Shown here: positions 9,735 to 19,466 of the stretch, piece after piece | Layout: each line of letters begins with the position of its first letter | How positions within the stretch are numbered: the stretch's first letter is position 1 | IMG/VR virus record: IMGVR_UViG_3300049061_000067 | Location: 9-64,008 of that record | Origin: a virus | Direction: 5' to 3' (one strand) | Length of the DNA: 64,000 nucleotides | Program-made: the position numbers and the translations under genes | Notes under the pieces: model-generated | Seen by the model: only the letters and a program-made list of their open reading frames with translations | What the model was told of the DNA's origin: nothing | Databases searched by the model: none

Positions 9735-10372
9735 CCCGCGCTCCTCTTCACGATTCCAGTGATCGAATCATAATAAAGCGCATTTGCAATAGACGGGTCG
9801 GCATTTGGTATGTTATCCAGCACCACTTGCCCCGCTAAGTGGACTTGCCCAGTGCTGTCATCAGCCCGGACCGCCACGCCAGTGTTATTACCATCCAAGT
9901 CGCCGATCCCAGCCACGTTGCTATCAAGTCTCAGTAATAATCCGCCTGATAACTGCACCATAACGGCGAACATTTGCAGGACATCATCGACACTGAGGGT
10001 GAAATCACTTGCTGCTACAAAGTACTCAGTGCCAACCTTGGATACGTCAAGTAAATGGTTGTTAACCAGATCCGCGGTTAGACCAGCGACGATCTGGTAA
10101 GTCTTTCCGTCAATATGATGATCTACGGCTGCTGTGCCTTCCTGACCCCGTTCAATGGTATCGAATGTATCATCAGTAATCGCGGTGACGCGGATAACCT
10201 CGACATCAGGATCGTCCGAGGGATCTGGGAAATCAGTGGAGTTCCAGATCGTTGCGTTAAAAGGAGGGGATGGGAATCGCGCGCCATTATTGGCGCTGAG
10301 ATCCAAAGAGGTATCGGTGTCAAGAATGCCTACTGCCAGTGTTCCTTTAGCAAAGTTCTTAGCTAAATCCAT
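9731..10372 (-). CDS. Hypothetical structural protein (213 aa)
   Basis: ORF track. Start overlaps the stop of the upstream ORF by 4 nt. Confidence 0.45.
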   Translation of the reverse strand: MDLAKNFAKGTLAVGILDTDTSLDLSANNGARFPSPPFNATIWNSTDFPDPSDDPDVEVIRVTAITDDTFDTIERGQEGTAAVDHHIDGKTYQIVAGLTADLVNNHLLDVSKVGTEYFVAASDFTLSVDDVLQMFAVMVQLSGGLLLRLDSNVAGIGDLDGNNTGVAVRADDSTGQVHLAGQVVLDNIPNADPSIANALYYDSITGIVKRSAG

Positions 10373-10381
10373 TTATTACTC

Positions 10382-10828
10382 CTAGTCTGCGGCAGATACA
10401 CTGAGCGAAAGAAAACCAATCTCGTGATTGCCGCTCATGTTGACGCTTCCGCCCGCTTCTGTGCAGGTATCAAGCTCGCTAGCAGCAAACAGTGCTGCCC
10501 TAGAGGTCTGCCCGGTGAGTGACAGGCTTCGTAGATGCGCGGCTAAACTTCCCGGAGAAAGACGTGGTGGCAGGTTGGTCTTGTTTAAGTGCCATGAGCT
10601 TTCAGATCGTTTCATACCCATAACAATTGAAAGATAGTTATCAGTTCCCACGCGGCTCCCGCTCATATTGATGGCACACTGGTCCTGATTACCCGCTTCC
10701 AGTTCGGCCACAACAAATGCAACTGCTCTCTGCCGCTGTTCGTTATCAGAAGCATTACTCAGCGGTTTGAGACGGCTTAACTCATCGATCATAGTCTCGC
10801 GATCACTTTGTTTGATAATTGACCACAC
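10382..10828 (-). CDS. Hypothetical structural protein (148 aa)
   Basis: ORF track. Confidence 0.4.
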   Translation of the reverse strand: MWSIIKQSDRETMIDELSRLKPLSNASDNEQRQRAVAFVVAELEAGNQDQCAINMSGSRVGTDNYLSIVMGMKRSESSWHLNKTNLPPRLSPGSLAAHLRSLSLTGQTSRAALFAASELDTCTEAGGSVNMSGNHEIGFLSLSVSAAD

Positions 10829-10851
10829 TGGTTTGCGCTCACCTTTCTAAA

Positions 10852-11229
10852 TTATGTAAACGTCAGATCGAGATCACCAGTCGGAATCCGAAATGTATCC
10901 CCCGCTGTTACTGGTGCCGATGAAGAAAGATCGTCACGCCCAAGGAAGTTTCCGCCAGATGAGGCATCCCACAAACTGATCCATGTGTAAGTCTCAGTTG
11001 TGCTGACATTCAGCCACTCCAAAGCAGCGGTATTCGCGATGGCCCTGCTGGCGGCGCCCGCCCCAAAGGTACCTTGCTGGCGGGTTGTTTCTGTTGCCGC
11101 ATTCGATGTACCCGCCGATCCCGGATCACCCAAATGAAGTTTTGCGAATAACCCAGCCTCACTATAGGCAACCGCGCGCGCAACCGCATCAAGAAAACTG
11201 TTGGCTACCAGATCGCTCCATGTTCCCAT
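10852..11229 (-). CDS. Hypothetical structural protein (125 aa)
   Basis: ORF track. Confidence 0.4.
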   Translation of the reverse strand: MGTWSDLVANSFLDAVARAVAYSEAGLFAKLHLGDPGSAGTSNAATETTRQQGTFGAGAASRAIANTAALEWLNVSTTETYTWISLWDASSGGNFLGRDDLSSSAPVTAGDTFRIPTGDLDLTFT

Positions 11230-11242
11230 TGATTAAACTCCT

Positions 11243-12553
11243 TTACGCAGCTTTCGTGCGGCCTCGTTTCTTGTTTTCATCTGGTGCGGCAATCATCTTG
11301 TTCTCAGATGGGGCTTCAATTGCCTTGGTCTCACTGTCAGCCCCAATCCATCCGTGTTGCAGTGCTACGGCCGCGGGGATTGATGTGCCCCTACCCGCAT
11401 ACAATGTTACTGCGTCGCTTGGTATGCGCTGATCATTCGTCGCCTTAAAGTTCCCGTCCCGCAATTTCCAGATCCACTTGTCGCAGGTCCACACCTTCAT
11501 ATTGAAATCCTTCCCTCGATAGCGCTCGACTGTTTCAGTAAACGCCTGCCCCAGTCGCTCAAACTCACGCTCCGGTTCAATGGACCGCGCCAGTTCAAGT
11601 ACAATCTGCGAGCGCTCGTGATAGTAGAAGTCGTCAGTTATCAGGCGCACAACTTCATTGAACCATGCTGCTACGTCGTTGCGGTTGATGAAGATACCTG
11701 CTGTGGGGCCAAATGCTTCCTGTAGTCCCAGCGTCGGATGCGCGACTGTTGGAATGCCCGCGCAAGCAGCTTCAATGCCTACACGCCCGTAGGACTCATA
11801 CTCTGACGGCATCAGCAGCACCTTAGTCTTGCGAAAGACATGGCGAATATCAGGTGTGTGTGCCATCCACTCAATGTTACCACTGGCAGGTATTGCGCCG
11901 CCTTTACGCAAGGCGTCAGGCGCAAGAATCATCTGCTCGCCATAGCCGCCCTCAACTGCAAGGAATTCCCTGTCAGGCATCAATCTCGCCAGCGCCTTGA
12001 ATGTTTCAACTCCTTTGCCCGGTGTCGGGTTTACTAGCGTGATCTTCGTGCCGCGCTCGCATTCATAGTGCTCGCGTTCAACCACAGGATGGACTACCAC
12101 TGACGGCGCAAGCCACTCGGCAGGCATGGTCAACCCATTGTACGAGCTTGGGCTTGCCGCCAGCCAGTGCGAGTTGTACACCGTCAACGCGTTCTTGTAT
12201 GGCACACGCGCATCCACGCGCCAGCACATCATCTGCGCGTCGTTGTGGACAAAGTGGACTAGGGGAATCTTGGTTGACATTGCCAGCATCATTGCCTGAT
12301 TGGTGAGATCAAGGTGCGTGACGAGTAAATCCGAACCCGCAACGTAATACTCCAGCCATGACTGCTGACCACGACGAGGCGGGCGAACTACGCTAATGCC
12401 GTCGATTTCGTAAGGGGCGGTCCTGCTGTTCGCGCAGATCACGCGCACCTGATGGCCGCGCTTGACCATTGCGCGCAGGGCTGCGTGCAACGTGGTTTCA
12501 GAACCGGCGCAGTGCTCAGGCGGGAAAAGGTGGATTAGGGCTGTTAGCTTCAT
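11243..12553 (-). CDS. GT4-family glycosyltransferase (retaining, GT-B fold)
   Basis: C-terminal EYESYGRVGIEAACAGIPTVA matches the GT4 E-x7-E/GxP motif. N-terminus MKLTALIHLFPPEHCAGSET matches the GT4 N-terminal pattern. Start chosen at the second Met; the ORF track start is 12592. Confidence 0.65.
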   Translation of the reverse strand: MKLTALIHLFPPEHCAGSETTLHAALRAMVKRGHQVRVICANSRTAPYEIDGISVVRPPRRGQQSWLEYYVAGSDLLVTHLDLTNQAMMLAMSTKIPLVHFVHNDAQMMCWRVDARVPYKNALTVYNSHWLAASPSSYNGLTMPAEWLAPSVVVHPVVEREHYECERGTKITLVNPTPGKGVETFKALARLMPDREFLAVEGGYGEQMILAPDALRKGGAIPASGNIEWMAHTPDIRHVFRKTKVLLMPSEYESYGRVGIEAACAGIPTVAHPTLGLQEAFGPTAGIFINRNDVAAWFNEVVRLITDDFYYHERSQIVLELARSIEPEREFERLGQAFTETVERYRGKDFNMKVWTCDKWIWKLRDGNFKATNDQRIPSDAVTLYAGRGTSIPAAVALQHGWIGADSETKAIEAPSENKMIAAPDENKKRGRTKAA

Positions 12554-12611
12554 TAGCAAGATGGCGGGCGGCTGGCCTTCCGAGGAAAGCAATTAACCGC
12601 CCCTTGCGCCG

Positions 12612-13946
12612 TTACGAATTCGTGCCCGCAAAAAGGTCTATTTTAACTACGGCGGGGGGTCTTAAAACCCCGAACGCCCATCGGCCTTCATACAGGATGT
12701 CAATAATGTTGCGCTCGAAGTGATCGCGGTTTGAGTCGGTGATGTACACCGTTGGATCTTGTCGGTCCCAGACCACCAACTGTTTCAGGTCGCCGGAGTA
12801 GCCGGTGCCTTGCGGAATGACTTCAGACTCGATTACGGGCAGGCCCCAGAGCATCTTTGTGCCCATCTGCATGGGACCGCCAAAGTAGAACTGGCCCTGA
12901 GCGCCACGCGCAAGGTCAATGGTTTCCCAGTCGTAGGGGTTGAGCAGAAAGCCGGTTGAGCGCGCGCGGCCCTGGACCATTGCGGCAGTGCGTGCTTTGC
13001 GGGTCGTTGTTAGCAAGCCGCCGGTAGTGTCCTCGCTGTCGGCAACAAACGGCTGCGGGGTCAGGTTTGGCGTGTTCTCAAGTCCTGTGAAATGGTTCGC
13101 GCCCCCGGGACCGGCAATGATCTCTTCTTCCAGTTCAAGGTCAATGTCTAGCCGCATAAAGTTCGTCATCATCGATTGCAGTTGCGGCGCGTCACTGAGG
13201 ATCGTGCGCGTGGCCTGCATAATGACGGCAATGGTCTTGACACCTGTTTGCACTACTTCCAGCGCCATGCTTGCCTTGGGCTTGAGTGCCAGATCGTCGG
13301 TTGCCGATGTCGCCTCTGGAACAATCTTCGCAGCACGTGTCAGGGAATTAACCCTCACGTACTCGATCAGGTTCGAGCCTGTTTGCAGGATGGTGATCAC
13401 ATCGCGAATTGAAGGCTGACGCAACGGCAGTTCAACAGGCCATGGGCCATAATCGCGGCGCACTAAGCCGCCGCCTGCGGTCACGGGTACCGACATTACC
13501 AGATCCTTGAACGACAGGTCGCCCAGACCAACATCTTTCAGCGCGATGGTAGGCGAGCGACCAAACCTGACCGACGCGTTCATCTCCTTGCCTTCGGGGG
13601 CAATTGACTCGCGCCACGTCTTGAACTCAGGCGCGTTGATAATCGCCTCGCCCATCGTCTTGATTTCAGGCTGCCCGTTGCCGTTGCCATTGCCGTTGCC
13701 AAAGTCAGGGCGGTCCACAGGCTGCGCGAGAAAGGTTTCAATTGCTTTCAGGCGTTTGCTGCGGTCGGCAAACTTGTTCTCTTCGTCAACCTTGGCGCTC
13801 AGTTCCTCAATCGACTTCCAGCGCGTGTCAAGCTCGGCTTGCTGCTCAGTAGTAGGCGTCTCTGCACCCTGCTTGTCCCAGAACGCTTTCTCGGCCTCTA
13901 CCAGCGCCTTAAGCTCCCGTGCTGCTGTTTTCTTCTCTTCCGGCAT
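12612..13946 (-). CDS. Major capsid protein, HK97 fold, with an N-terminal delta/scaffold-like coiled coil
   Basis: 444 aa. The N-terminal ~100 aa are coiled coil and end in a GNGNGNGNG linker, followed by a capsid-like domain. Lies directly downstream of the prohead protease gene with no separate scaffold gene. Confidence 0.65.
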   Translation of the reverse strand: MPEEKKTAARELKALVEAEKAFWDKQGAETPTTEQQAELDTRWKSIEELSAKVDEENKFADRSKRLKAIETFLAQPVDRPDFGNGNGNGNGQPEIKTMGEAIINAPEFKTWRESIAPEGKEMNASVRFGRSPTIALKDVGLGDLSFKDLVMSVPVTAGGGLVRRDYGPWPVELPLRQPSIRDVITILQTGSNLIEYVRVNSLTRAAKIVPEATSATDDLALKPKASMALEVVQTGVKTIAVIMQATRTILSDAPQLQSMMTNFMRLDIDLELEEEIIAGPGGANHFTGLENTPNLTPQPFVADSEDTTGGLLTTTRKARTAAMVQGRARSTGFLLNPYDWETIDLARGAQGQFYFGGPMQMGTKMLWGLPVIESEVIPQGTGYSGDLKQLVVWDRQDPTVYITDSNRDHFERNIIDILYEGRWAFGVLRPPAVVKIDLFAGTNS

Positions 13947-13971
13947 CGTTGTTGCTCCTCGCGTGTTAAGG

Positions 13972-15132
13972 CTACGCCAGCGCTCGAATGGCGAGGCTTT
14001 GCATGCGTAGCGATTGAGTCCTTAGCGCAGCCACGTCGATTGACTTCTCTTTCGGCTTGGGTTCGGAAGCGGCAAGTAACTCGTCAAGTGCGTCTCTTGC
14101 CGCCAGCACCTTTTTCCGATTTGAAGCAGAGAGCATCCGGCCTTCCTTGACCCGGTTCTCATGGTTGCGCTGCATATTGCTGGTGTGCTTCGCCAATGCG
14201 GATACCACATCGTCAAAGGACTCAAAGGAGTCGGATACCGGCTGACCTTTGAGGTAAAACTCGTCGTCAGAACTGTTCAAAAACTCTTCAATCTGCGCCG
14301 TGACCAGCGGAATCATTGTCGGCGGGTACTCGTTAAAGGCTTCGGCTACCTTCGCCTTCCAGTCCATGACTACGCCGGTTACATCGGAGTCTTTAGCTGT
14401 CTCGGCAATCTTGCGAACTACGCGGCGCAATGCAGACTCAACCTCCCATGTAGAGGGAGTCGTTTGGGCCATCTCCTCAGCGAGCATGCCTTTTAGTTCA
14501 CCGTCGACAATTGACATCTTCACGCCAGTCGCCATAGCCAGCTTCTGCATAGGTGAAGTCACCAGTGAATCCTCAATCGTTTCGCCTTTAAGCAAGATTC
14601 GGATACGAGAGAACTCCTGAGCCTTTAACAGGTTCGCGGCAAGTCGCTCGGGTTTGACAAACTGTGGCAACTGCTCTTTGTAGTCCTTAGCCTCGATATA
14701 CTGTTTCTGCTTGACGGAGTAACCAAAGGAGAAGCCCATCGTCTTGCCTGCTTCCATACGCTCGCGAGCCTTAGTGCGAATGTTTTGGGAGTCTGGCGTG
14801 GAGTGGAATTGAGACTTTACAAAGAAGCCGTAGTCGTCTTCTTTGGCGTCGACGGGGAACCCTACCGCCTCGGAGAACGACCAATCATGTGAGTGCGCGG
14901 TGAACCCGCTTTGAAGGTAATCTGAGATTCCATCCGCAAAGAAGCCCTTGACAACAATGTCGCCGCCTTCGTCAATCTCGCCAAAGACGCTACGGTATCC
15001 CTCAATCGTTCCTGACCCTTCGTCAGAAACTTTTAATGCTTTCAAGTCGATGAATTTGCGCTCTATCGGCATAAGCAAAAAGCCCGTCGCGGCCTCCATT
15101 GCTGGAAACCACGGCGGGCAGGTCGTCATCAC
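13972..15132 (-). CDS. Prohead protease (HK97/U35-like) with a C-terminal coiled-coil extension
   Basis: N-terminal ~170 aa resemble a Caudovirus prohead protease. Position immediately upstream of the capsid gene. Confidence 0.6.
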   Translation of the reverse strand: MMTTCPPWFPAMEAATGFLLMPIERKFIDLKALKVSDEGSGTIEGYRSVFGEIDEGGDIVVKGFFADGISDYLQSGFTAHSHDWSFSEAVGFPVDAKEDDYGFFVKSQFHSTPDSQNIRTKARERMEAGKTMGFSFGYSVKQKQYIEAKDYKEQLPQFVKPERLAANLLKAQEFSRIRILLKGETIEDSLVTSPMQKLAMATGVKMSIVDGELKGMLAEEMAQTTPSTWEVESALRRVVRKIAETAKDSDVTGVVMDWKAKVAEAFNEYPPTMIPLVTAQIEEFLNSSDDEFYLKGQPVSDSFESFDDVVSALAKHTSNMQRNHENRVKEGRMLSASNRKKVLAARDALDELLAASEPKPKEKSIDVAALRTQSLRMQSLAIRALA

Positions 15133-15161
15133 GGGCTGACGCTTAACTCGCTAGGTTGTTG

Positions 15162-15332
15162 TCAAGTCGCAGTCTTCTGTCGCAAGCCTTTCACGCGGTC
15201 GATCAGACTGTACAGCTGCCGCTCAATCTTTTGTAGCTCTTGCTTCGTGTCCTGGCGCACATCTGGTTTGACTAAAGGAGCACTCTGCGAATTCAGCAGT
15301 GTTGGTTCGGGCTTAGGGGATTGCTGGCTCAT
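15162..15332 (-). CDS. Small coiled-coil protein (56 aa), translationally coupled
   Basis: ATGA overlap with the stop of 15329-15619. Below the ORF-track size cutoff. MSQQSPKPEPTLL...ELQKIERQLYSLIDRVKGLRQ. Confidence 0.3.
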   Translation of the reverse strand: MSQQSPKPEPTLLNSQSAPLVKPDVRQDTKQELQKIERQLYSLIDRVKGLRQKTAT

Positions 15333-15619
15333 TGAATAGTGTCAGGCCAAACCTCAGCAACCGTAACAGGGCTAAACCCGTCTGGTACTTCCGCTGAAAG
15401 TCTTAGAGGCTGTAACGGCCGATTGAACGTCAAGACTTCAAGGTAAATATAGCCCTGTTTAAGAATCTGCCGCTTCTCTTCCTCACTTAAAACCCAACGC
15501 GTCAGTACCGTGCCGTCCTCAAGCTTTACAGCCGGAAGAGGCAGATACTCAGGCTGGTCTTTGGCATAAGTAACCTCAGATACATCAGCGTTAGGAATAA
15601 CCGGACTTACAGGCTGCAT
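15329..15619 (-). CDS. Hypothetical protein
   Basis: ORF track. Confidence 0.4.
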   Translation of the reverse strand: MQPVSPVIPNADVSEVTYAKDQPEYLPLPAVKLEDGTVLTRWVLSEEEKRQILKQGYIYLEVLTFNRPLQPLRLSAEVPDGFSPVTVAEVWPDTIQ

Positions 15620-15709
15620 TTCATTCTCCTAAGTCGCGGGCCTTTCAGCCATCACGCCACACTTTAACACAACCATACGGTCAGAATGCAACAAAAGTTA
15701 TTTCGCTAG

Positions 15710-15988
15710 TCAGTAAATCGGCTTAATTTCGTTCAGAGGTAACTTCTCGTTAAAGACTATTTCAACACCCCACAACGTAGAGCAGGGCTCCGTGCGTGGC
15801 AGTAAAGCGAACCTACTTTCAATCTCCCAGAGGGTCACGTGACTCATCTCAAATCGATTGGGAGTGACTTCCTCCTTGCGCTTCGTATCTTGAAGCAAAG
15901 CGAATAGTTTCCGCAAGTCTGGCAAGCCGTTATCAGGATCGTCGGGATTACTTGATGTGTACGTTACGTCCAATTGATAACCTTCCAT
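15710..15988 (-). CDS. Hypothetical protein
   Basis: ORF track. Confidence 0.4.
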   Translation of the reverse strand: MEGYQLDVTYTSSNPDDPDNGLPDLRKLFALLQDTKRKEEVTPNRFEMSHVTLWEIESRFALLPRTEPCSTLWGVEIVFNEKLPLNEIKPIY

Positions 15989-15989
15989 C

Positions 15990-16400
15990 CTATTCCTTTG
16001 GTATTTCCGGCGATGGCATCCAGTAGCGCACGTCTACCCCTCTGCGCATCCCCTCTCGGGCGTCAACGTACACAAATCCCGCGTCGTCAAAGTACTCTCC
16101 GCTGATAGCCGCATCGGAGTAATTGAGATCATATTCAGCAAGCAATACACGTTGCGCATTCTCTGGCAACTTTTCCTTAACGCTAATAAAGTCAGACGCT
16201 AGCCATGCAGCCTCAATGCTCTGCTTGTCAAACTGACACTGATAACAGCCTTCTTCTTTCCAGCGGAGCTGAAACTGGCAAGGACACAACATCACACGTT
16301 GATACAGCCGGCGTAGCGCTTGGGCAACGGGATCAACACGGTCTCCCGCAGACCCACTAAAGTTTTCGATCTGCCGCTCAATTTCAGGCCTCATAATCAA
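15990..16400 (-). CDS. Hypothetical Cys-containing protein
   Basis: ORF track. Adjacent to the fucosyltransferase gene. Confidence 0.4.
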   Translation of the reverse strand: MIMRPEIERQIENFSGSAGDRVDPVAQALRRLYQRVMLCPCQFQLRWKEEGCYQCQFDKQSIEAAWLASDFISVKEKLPENAQRVLLAEYDLNYSDAAISGEYFDDAGFVYVDAREGMRRGVDVRYWMPSPEIPKE

Positions 16401-17169
16401 TTATCTGCCAGCCTTCGCTGTAGATATCCTCGCCAGTGATCGGCGTATATCGCGGTCCAAACCACGGGCGTGGTGCAATCACGCGCTTGTTTGATGCCTC
16501 ACCCAGAATCGCTGCCATTGCGCTGTAGGCTGAGTTGGCTATGATGAACGATGCGCATCTTTTAAGTAACCGGAAATCATCAAGGTAGTTGCGTCCCTCG
16601 CTGTAATCAACGTCACTACCAAACATTCGCTTGCACTCGGCAATATCGTCGCTGAAGACAAGAAACCGAGGCTTAGGTCTTCCAAACATGGTTGCGTCGT
16701 AATAGAACCGTTGCATTGCTGCCCGGTAGTAACTCTCAGGCACACGCGGGTGATAGCCGCCAGTGTAATCGCCGCGCCTGACATGAATGCCGACGTAATC
16801 GCTTTGTGCAGGCTCGTCAGTCATGCGCAGCCACCAGCAAACCTCGTCAAGACAGTGGACGAAATAGCGCACACTTTGCAGGTGCCCGCTGAGGCTGACA
16901 CTCTCCGTTAGGCGTACGTCGTGATAGCCCCAGTCAATGAAACGGTCAGGCAGTGTTGGACCATCGTAGACAGGCAGTGGGTTAACAAAGTGACGATATA
17001 CGTCGCAGTCCTCAGTTGAGCCAAAGCGTTGTTGATGGTCATGATTGATCCAGCGCGGAAAGGCGAAGTCAAAGCCGTTGCGACGAGCAATCCCTATCGT
17101 CGACGCCACCTGAAACAGACCGTTCGCGAATCGGCCGTAGCTGCCTAGGGCAGAAAATGTCACTATCAC
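16384..17169 (-). CDS. GT11-like alpha-1,2-fucosyltransferase
   Basis: N-terminal GRFANGLFQVAS resembles the GxGNQmFQyA motif. HVRRGDY matches the HxRRxD motif of fucosyltransferases. Also VFSDD and ANSAYSAMAA motifs. Confidence 0.6.
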   Translation of the reverse strand: MIVTFSALGSYGRFANGLFQVASTIGIARRNGFDFAFPRWINHDHQQRFGSTEDCDVYRHFVNPLPVYDGPTLPDRFIDWGYHDVRLTESVSLSGHLQSVRYFVHCLDEVCWWLRMTDEPAQSDYVGIHVRRGDYTGGYHPRVPESYYRAAMQRFYYDATMFGRPKPRFLVFSDDIAECKRMFGSDVDYSEGRNYLDDFRLLKRCASFIIANSAYSAMAAILGEASNKRVIAPRPWFGPRYTPITGEDIYSEGWQIIDYEA

Positions 17170-18119
17170 GACTGCTCACCCCACACTTGATGCACCATGC
17201 CTCCCCCTGATCCAGCATCTCCCACTCGTGCGCGATACCAGTCGAAGGTTGAGCAGAGTCCGTCATACAGGCTGATTTTAGCATGCCAGCCAAGCGCAGC
17301 GAGGCGCGTGCTGTCCAGTAGCTTGCGTGGCGGACCATCGGGCTTGCTGGCATCAAACTTTATCTCGCCACGATAGCCGACAACCTCAGCAATCATGTGG
17401 GCCAGTTCACTGATGGTGACTTCCTGCCCGGAACCTACGTTGATTGGCTCGCTGTCATTGTATTCAGCCATCAGGATTATCAGTGCATCAGCAAGATCGT
17501 CAACGTGAAGGAATTCGCGCAGCGCCTTACCAGTGCCCCAAAGCGTGATTGAGCGATCCTCGTTGCATGCTGCCCGGTACAGCCGCGACATTAGCGACGG
17601 GATCACATGCGCGTCGATGGAGTCAAAGTGATCGTTAGGGCCGTAGAGGTTGGTAGGCATGGCGCAGATGGCGTTAAAGCCGTATTGCTTGCGGTAAGCC
17701 TGGCACATCTTCAGTCCCGCAATCTTGGCAATTGCGTACCACTGGTTTGTCGGCTCAAGTGGGCCGGTGAGTAGTGCGTCTTCACTGATTGGCTGTTGTG
17801 CGGCACGCGGGTAGATGCAGGATGAGCCGAGGAACAGAAGTTTCCCGCAATCGTTTAGCCGGGCAGCGTTAATAACATTGCACTGGATTAGAAGATTGTC
17901 GCGGATGAAGTCAGCGGGACAGGTGGAGTTCGCGTGAATGCCGCCGACCTTGGCCGCCGCGAGATAGACATGCTGGATCTTATTACCCCAAAAGAAACCG
18001 TAGGTGTCTGCCTGGCTTCTTAGGTCAAGTTGCGCGTGGGTATGTGTAACAGCATCAGGTATACGCCGCAGCAATGCACTACCAACAAGTCCAGTGTGAC
18101 CTGCAATGTAAACGCTCAC
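17166..18119 (-). CDS. fcl: GDP-L-fucose synthase (GDP-4-keto-6-deoxy-D-mannose 3,5-epimerase/4-reductase)
   Basis: MSVYIAGHTGLVGSALLRRI (Rossmann GxxGxxG) resembles the E. coli Fcl N-terminus. Size and pattern of a short-chain NAD(P)-dependent epimerase/reductase (YxxxK region present). Confidence 0.75.
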   Translation of the reverse strand: MSVYIAGHTGLVGSALLRRIPDAVTHTHAQLDLRSQADTYGFFWGNKIQHVYLAAAKVGGIHANSTCPADFIRDNLLIQCNVINAARLNDCGKLLFLGSSCIYPRAAQQPISEDALLTGPLEPTNQWYAIAKIAGLKMCQAYRKQYGFNAICAMPTNLYGPNDHFDSIDAHVIPSLMSRLYRAACNEDRSITLWGTGKALREFLHVDDLADALIILMAEYNDSEPINVGSGQEVTISELAHMIAEVVGYRGEIKFDASKPDGPPRKLLDSTRLAALGWHAKISLYDGLCSTFDWYRARVGDAGSGGGMVHQVWGEQS

Positions 18120-18575
18120 TTATAGTGCTCCGTACTCATGCAGATGAATTACCGCCGGTCGATGGCCGTGTGGCCGCTGGCCTGCTTGAAACGCACGCCA
18201 CTCGAATTGCTGGTCCAACTTGCTCCAGTGCTTGTCCATGCCCTGCCAGATGTCGGGTAGCAGGTTCATTAGTTCGCCGGAGAACCTGACGCATCCAAAG
18301 CTATGAAAGATGCCAATGCCATGTTGATCGTACGAGTACGCACACCACGACGCAGGGCAAGCGGCTAACTCTTCCAATGCGCCCGGCCACGGCAGGATGT
18401 CGTGCTCGACTAGGACAACTGCTTCGCGTTGCCGCCATAGCTCCGTGAGTAGGGTCCAGTAAGCATCATCACTGGCACTGACGTCCACATAGCACGGATT
18501 GTAACGCCTGAGTAGCCATTGTTGCTCCAGCCGCAACCTCGTGTAGGGAACAACAACCTTCATGCCCGTAGCCAA
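18120..18575 (-). CDS. Hypothetical protein (151 aa)
   Basis: ORF track. Start abuts the stop of the upstream gene. Confidence 0.4.
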   Translation of the reverse strand: MATGMKVVVPYTRLRLEQQWLLRRYNPCYVDVSASDDAYWTLLTELWRQREAVVLVEHDILPWPGALEELAACPASWCAYSYDQHGIGIFHSFGCVRFSGELMNLLPDIWQGMDKHWSKLDQQFEWRAFQAGQRPHGHRPAVIHLHEYGAL

Positions 18576-18584
18576 GCCAGTCCG

Positions 18585-18815
18585 CTAATCATCATTACAC
18601 TGTTTCAGCGCTGGGGTATCACGAGAACACTGGTCCACGGCCTTGCGAGCTACGGCGTCACCGGCACGTTCCAGTGACTTGCCAGCGCTGCGGGCTACGG
18701 GACAGGGGGCTTGGCGCAGTGCAGCACCGGCTAATCCTGCCGCGTGGCCAGCGGTTACGGCCCCTGTGCGCATTGTGTTGGTGTAGTGGTCGGTTAGTGT
18801 TTTCTTCTTGCTCAT
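18585..18815 (-). CDS. Hypothetical small protein
   Basis: ORF track. Confidence 0.3.
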   Translation of the reverse strand: MSKKKTLTDHYTNTMRTGAVTAGHAAGLAGAALRQAPCPVARSAGKSLERAGDAVARKAVDQCSRDTPALKQCNDD

Positions 18816-18833
18816 ATGGCTTGCTTCCTTTGT

Positions 18834-19466
18834 CTATTTGCTCAACCAGGATCGATTAAAGTACAGCTCCCACTCCAGCAACGGATGCGGCTCACACTCG
18901 GGGAAAAGATGCCCGTAATCCTGCCTGACGAGGATCAGGTTACCTGTGTGACACAAGACGAAGTAGCCATGCTCCAGCGCTGCCACCGTCATGGTCCAAT
19001 AACCCACGCCGCCGTCGCTGTTGATTCGCTCGTCAGGCGGTTCGATGCTGGAGTCAATTTCGACTATCACGATCTTGGGGCGGGCTTGCATGCCGCAGAA
19101 GATTGCATAGTCGCCGCCATCAGTGTCCAAACTAAGCAGGTCGCAGCGATCACCAACAAAGGCGTTGACGTTGCAGGCGTCTACGCGGGAGCACTGGCAA
19201 CGGACAAGCGGATTATCTCGCCAGTTCTCCTTGCACTTGAGGTAGAGATTGTAGTCGGATTCAACGAACAGGCCGGACCGGCCAGCGTTTTCCAATAGCA
19301 GCGCCGTGTTTGAGCAGAACAACCCGTCTGAGCCGCCAATCTCGACACAGTAGCCCTGGTTCTGGTTTAGACGCACAAGCGCTTCCAGTAGCACGCCTTC
19401 TTCGCCGTTCTGCGAAAACTTATAGTTGCGGGCATATTGGCGTAGGAAGCTAAGCATGGCCCACAC
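18834..19466 (-). CDS. FkbM-family methyltransferase (putative sugar O-methyltransferase)
   Basis: CVEIGGSDGLFCSNT...LFVESD pattern resembles the SAM-binding core of the Methyltransf_21/FkbM family. Confidence 0.5.
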   Translation of the reverse strand: MWAMLSFLRQYARNYKFSQNGEEGVLLEALVRLNQNQGYCVEIGGSDGLFCSNTALLLENAGRSGLFVESDYNLYLKCKENWRDNPLVRCQCSRVDACNVNAFVGDRCDLLSLDTDGGDYAIFCGMQARPKIVIVEIDSSIEPPDERINSDGGVGYWTMTVAALEHGYFVLCHTGNLILVRQDYGHLFPECEPHPLLEWELYFNRSWLSK

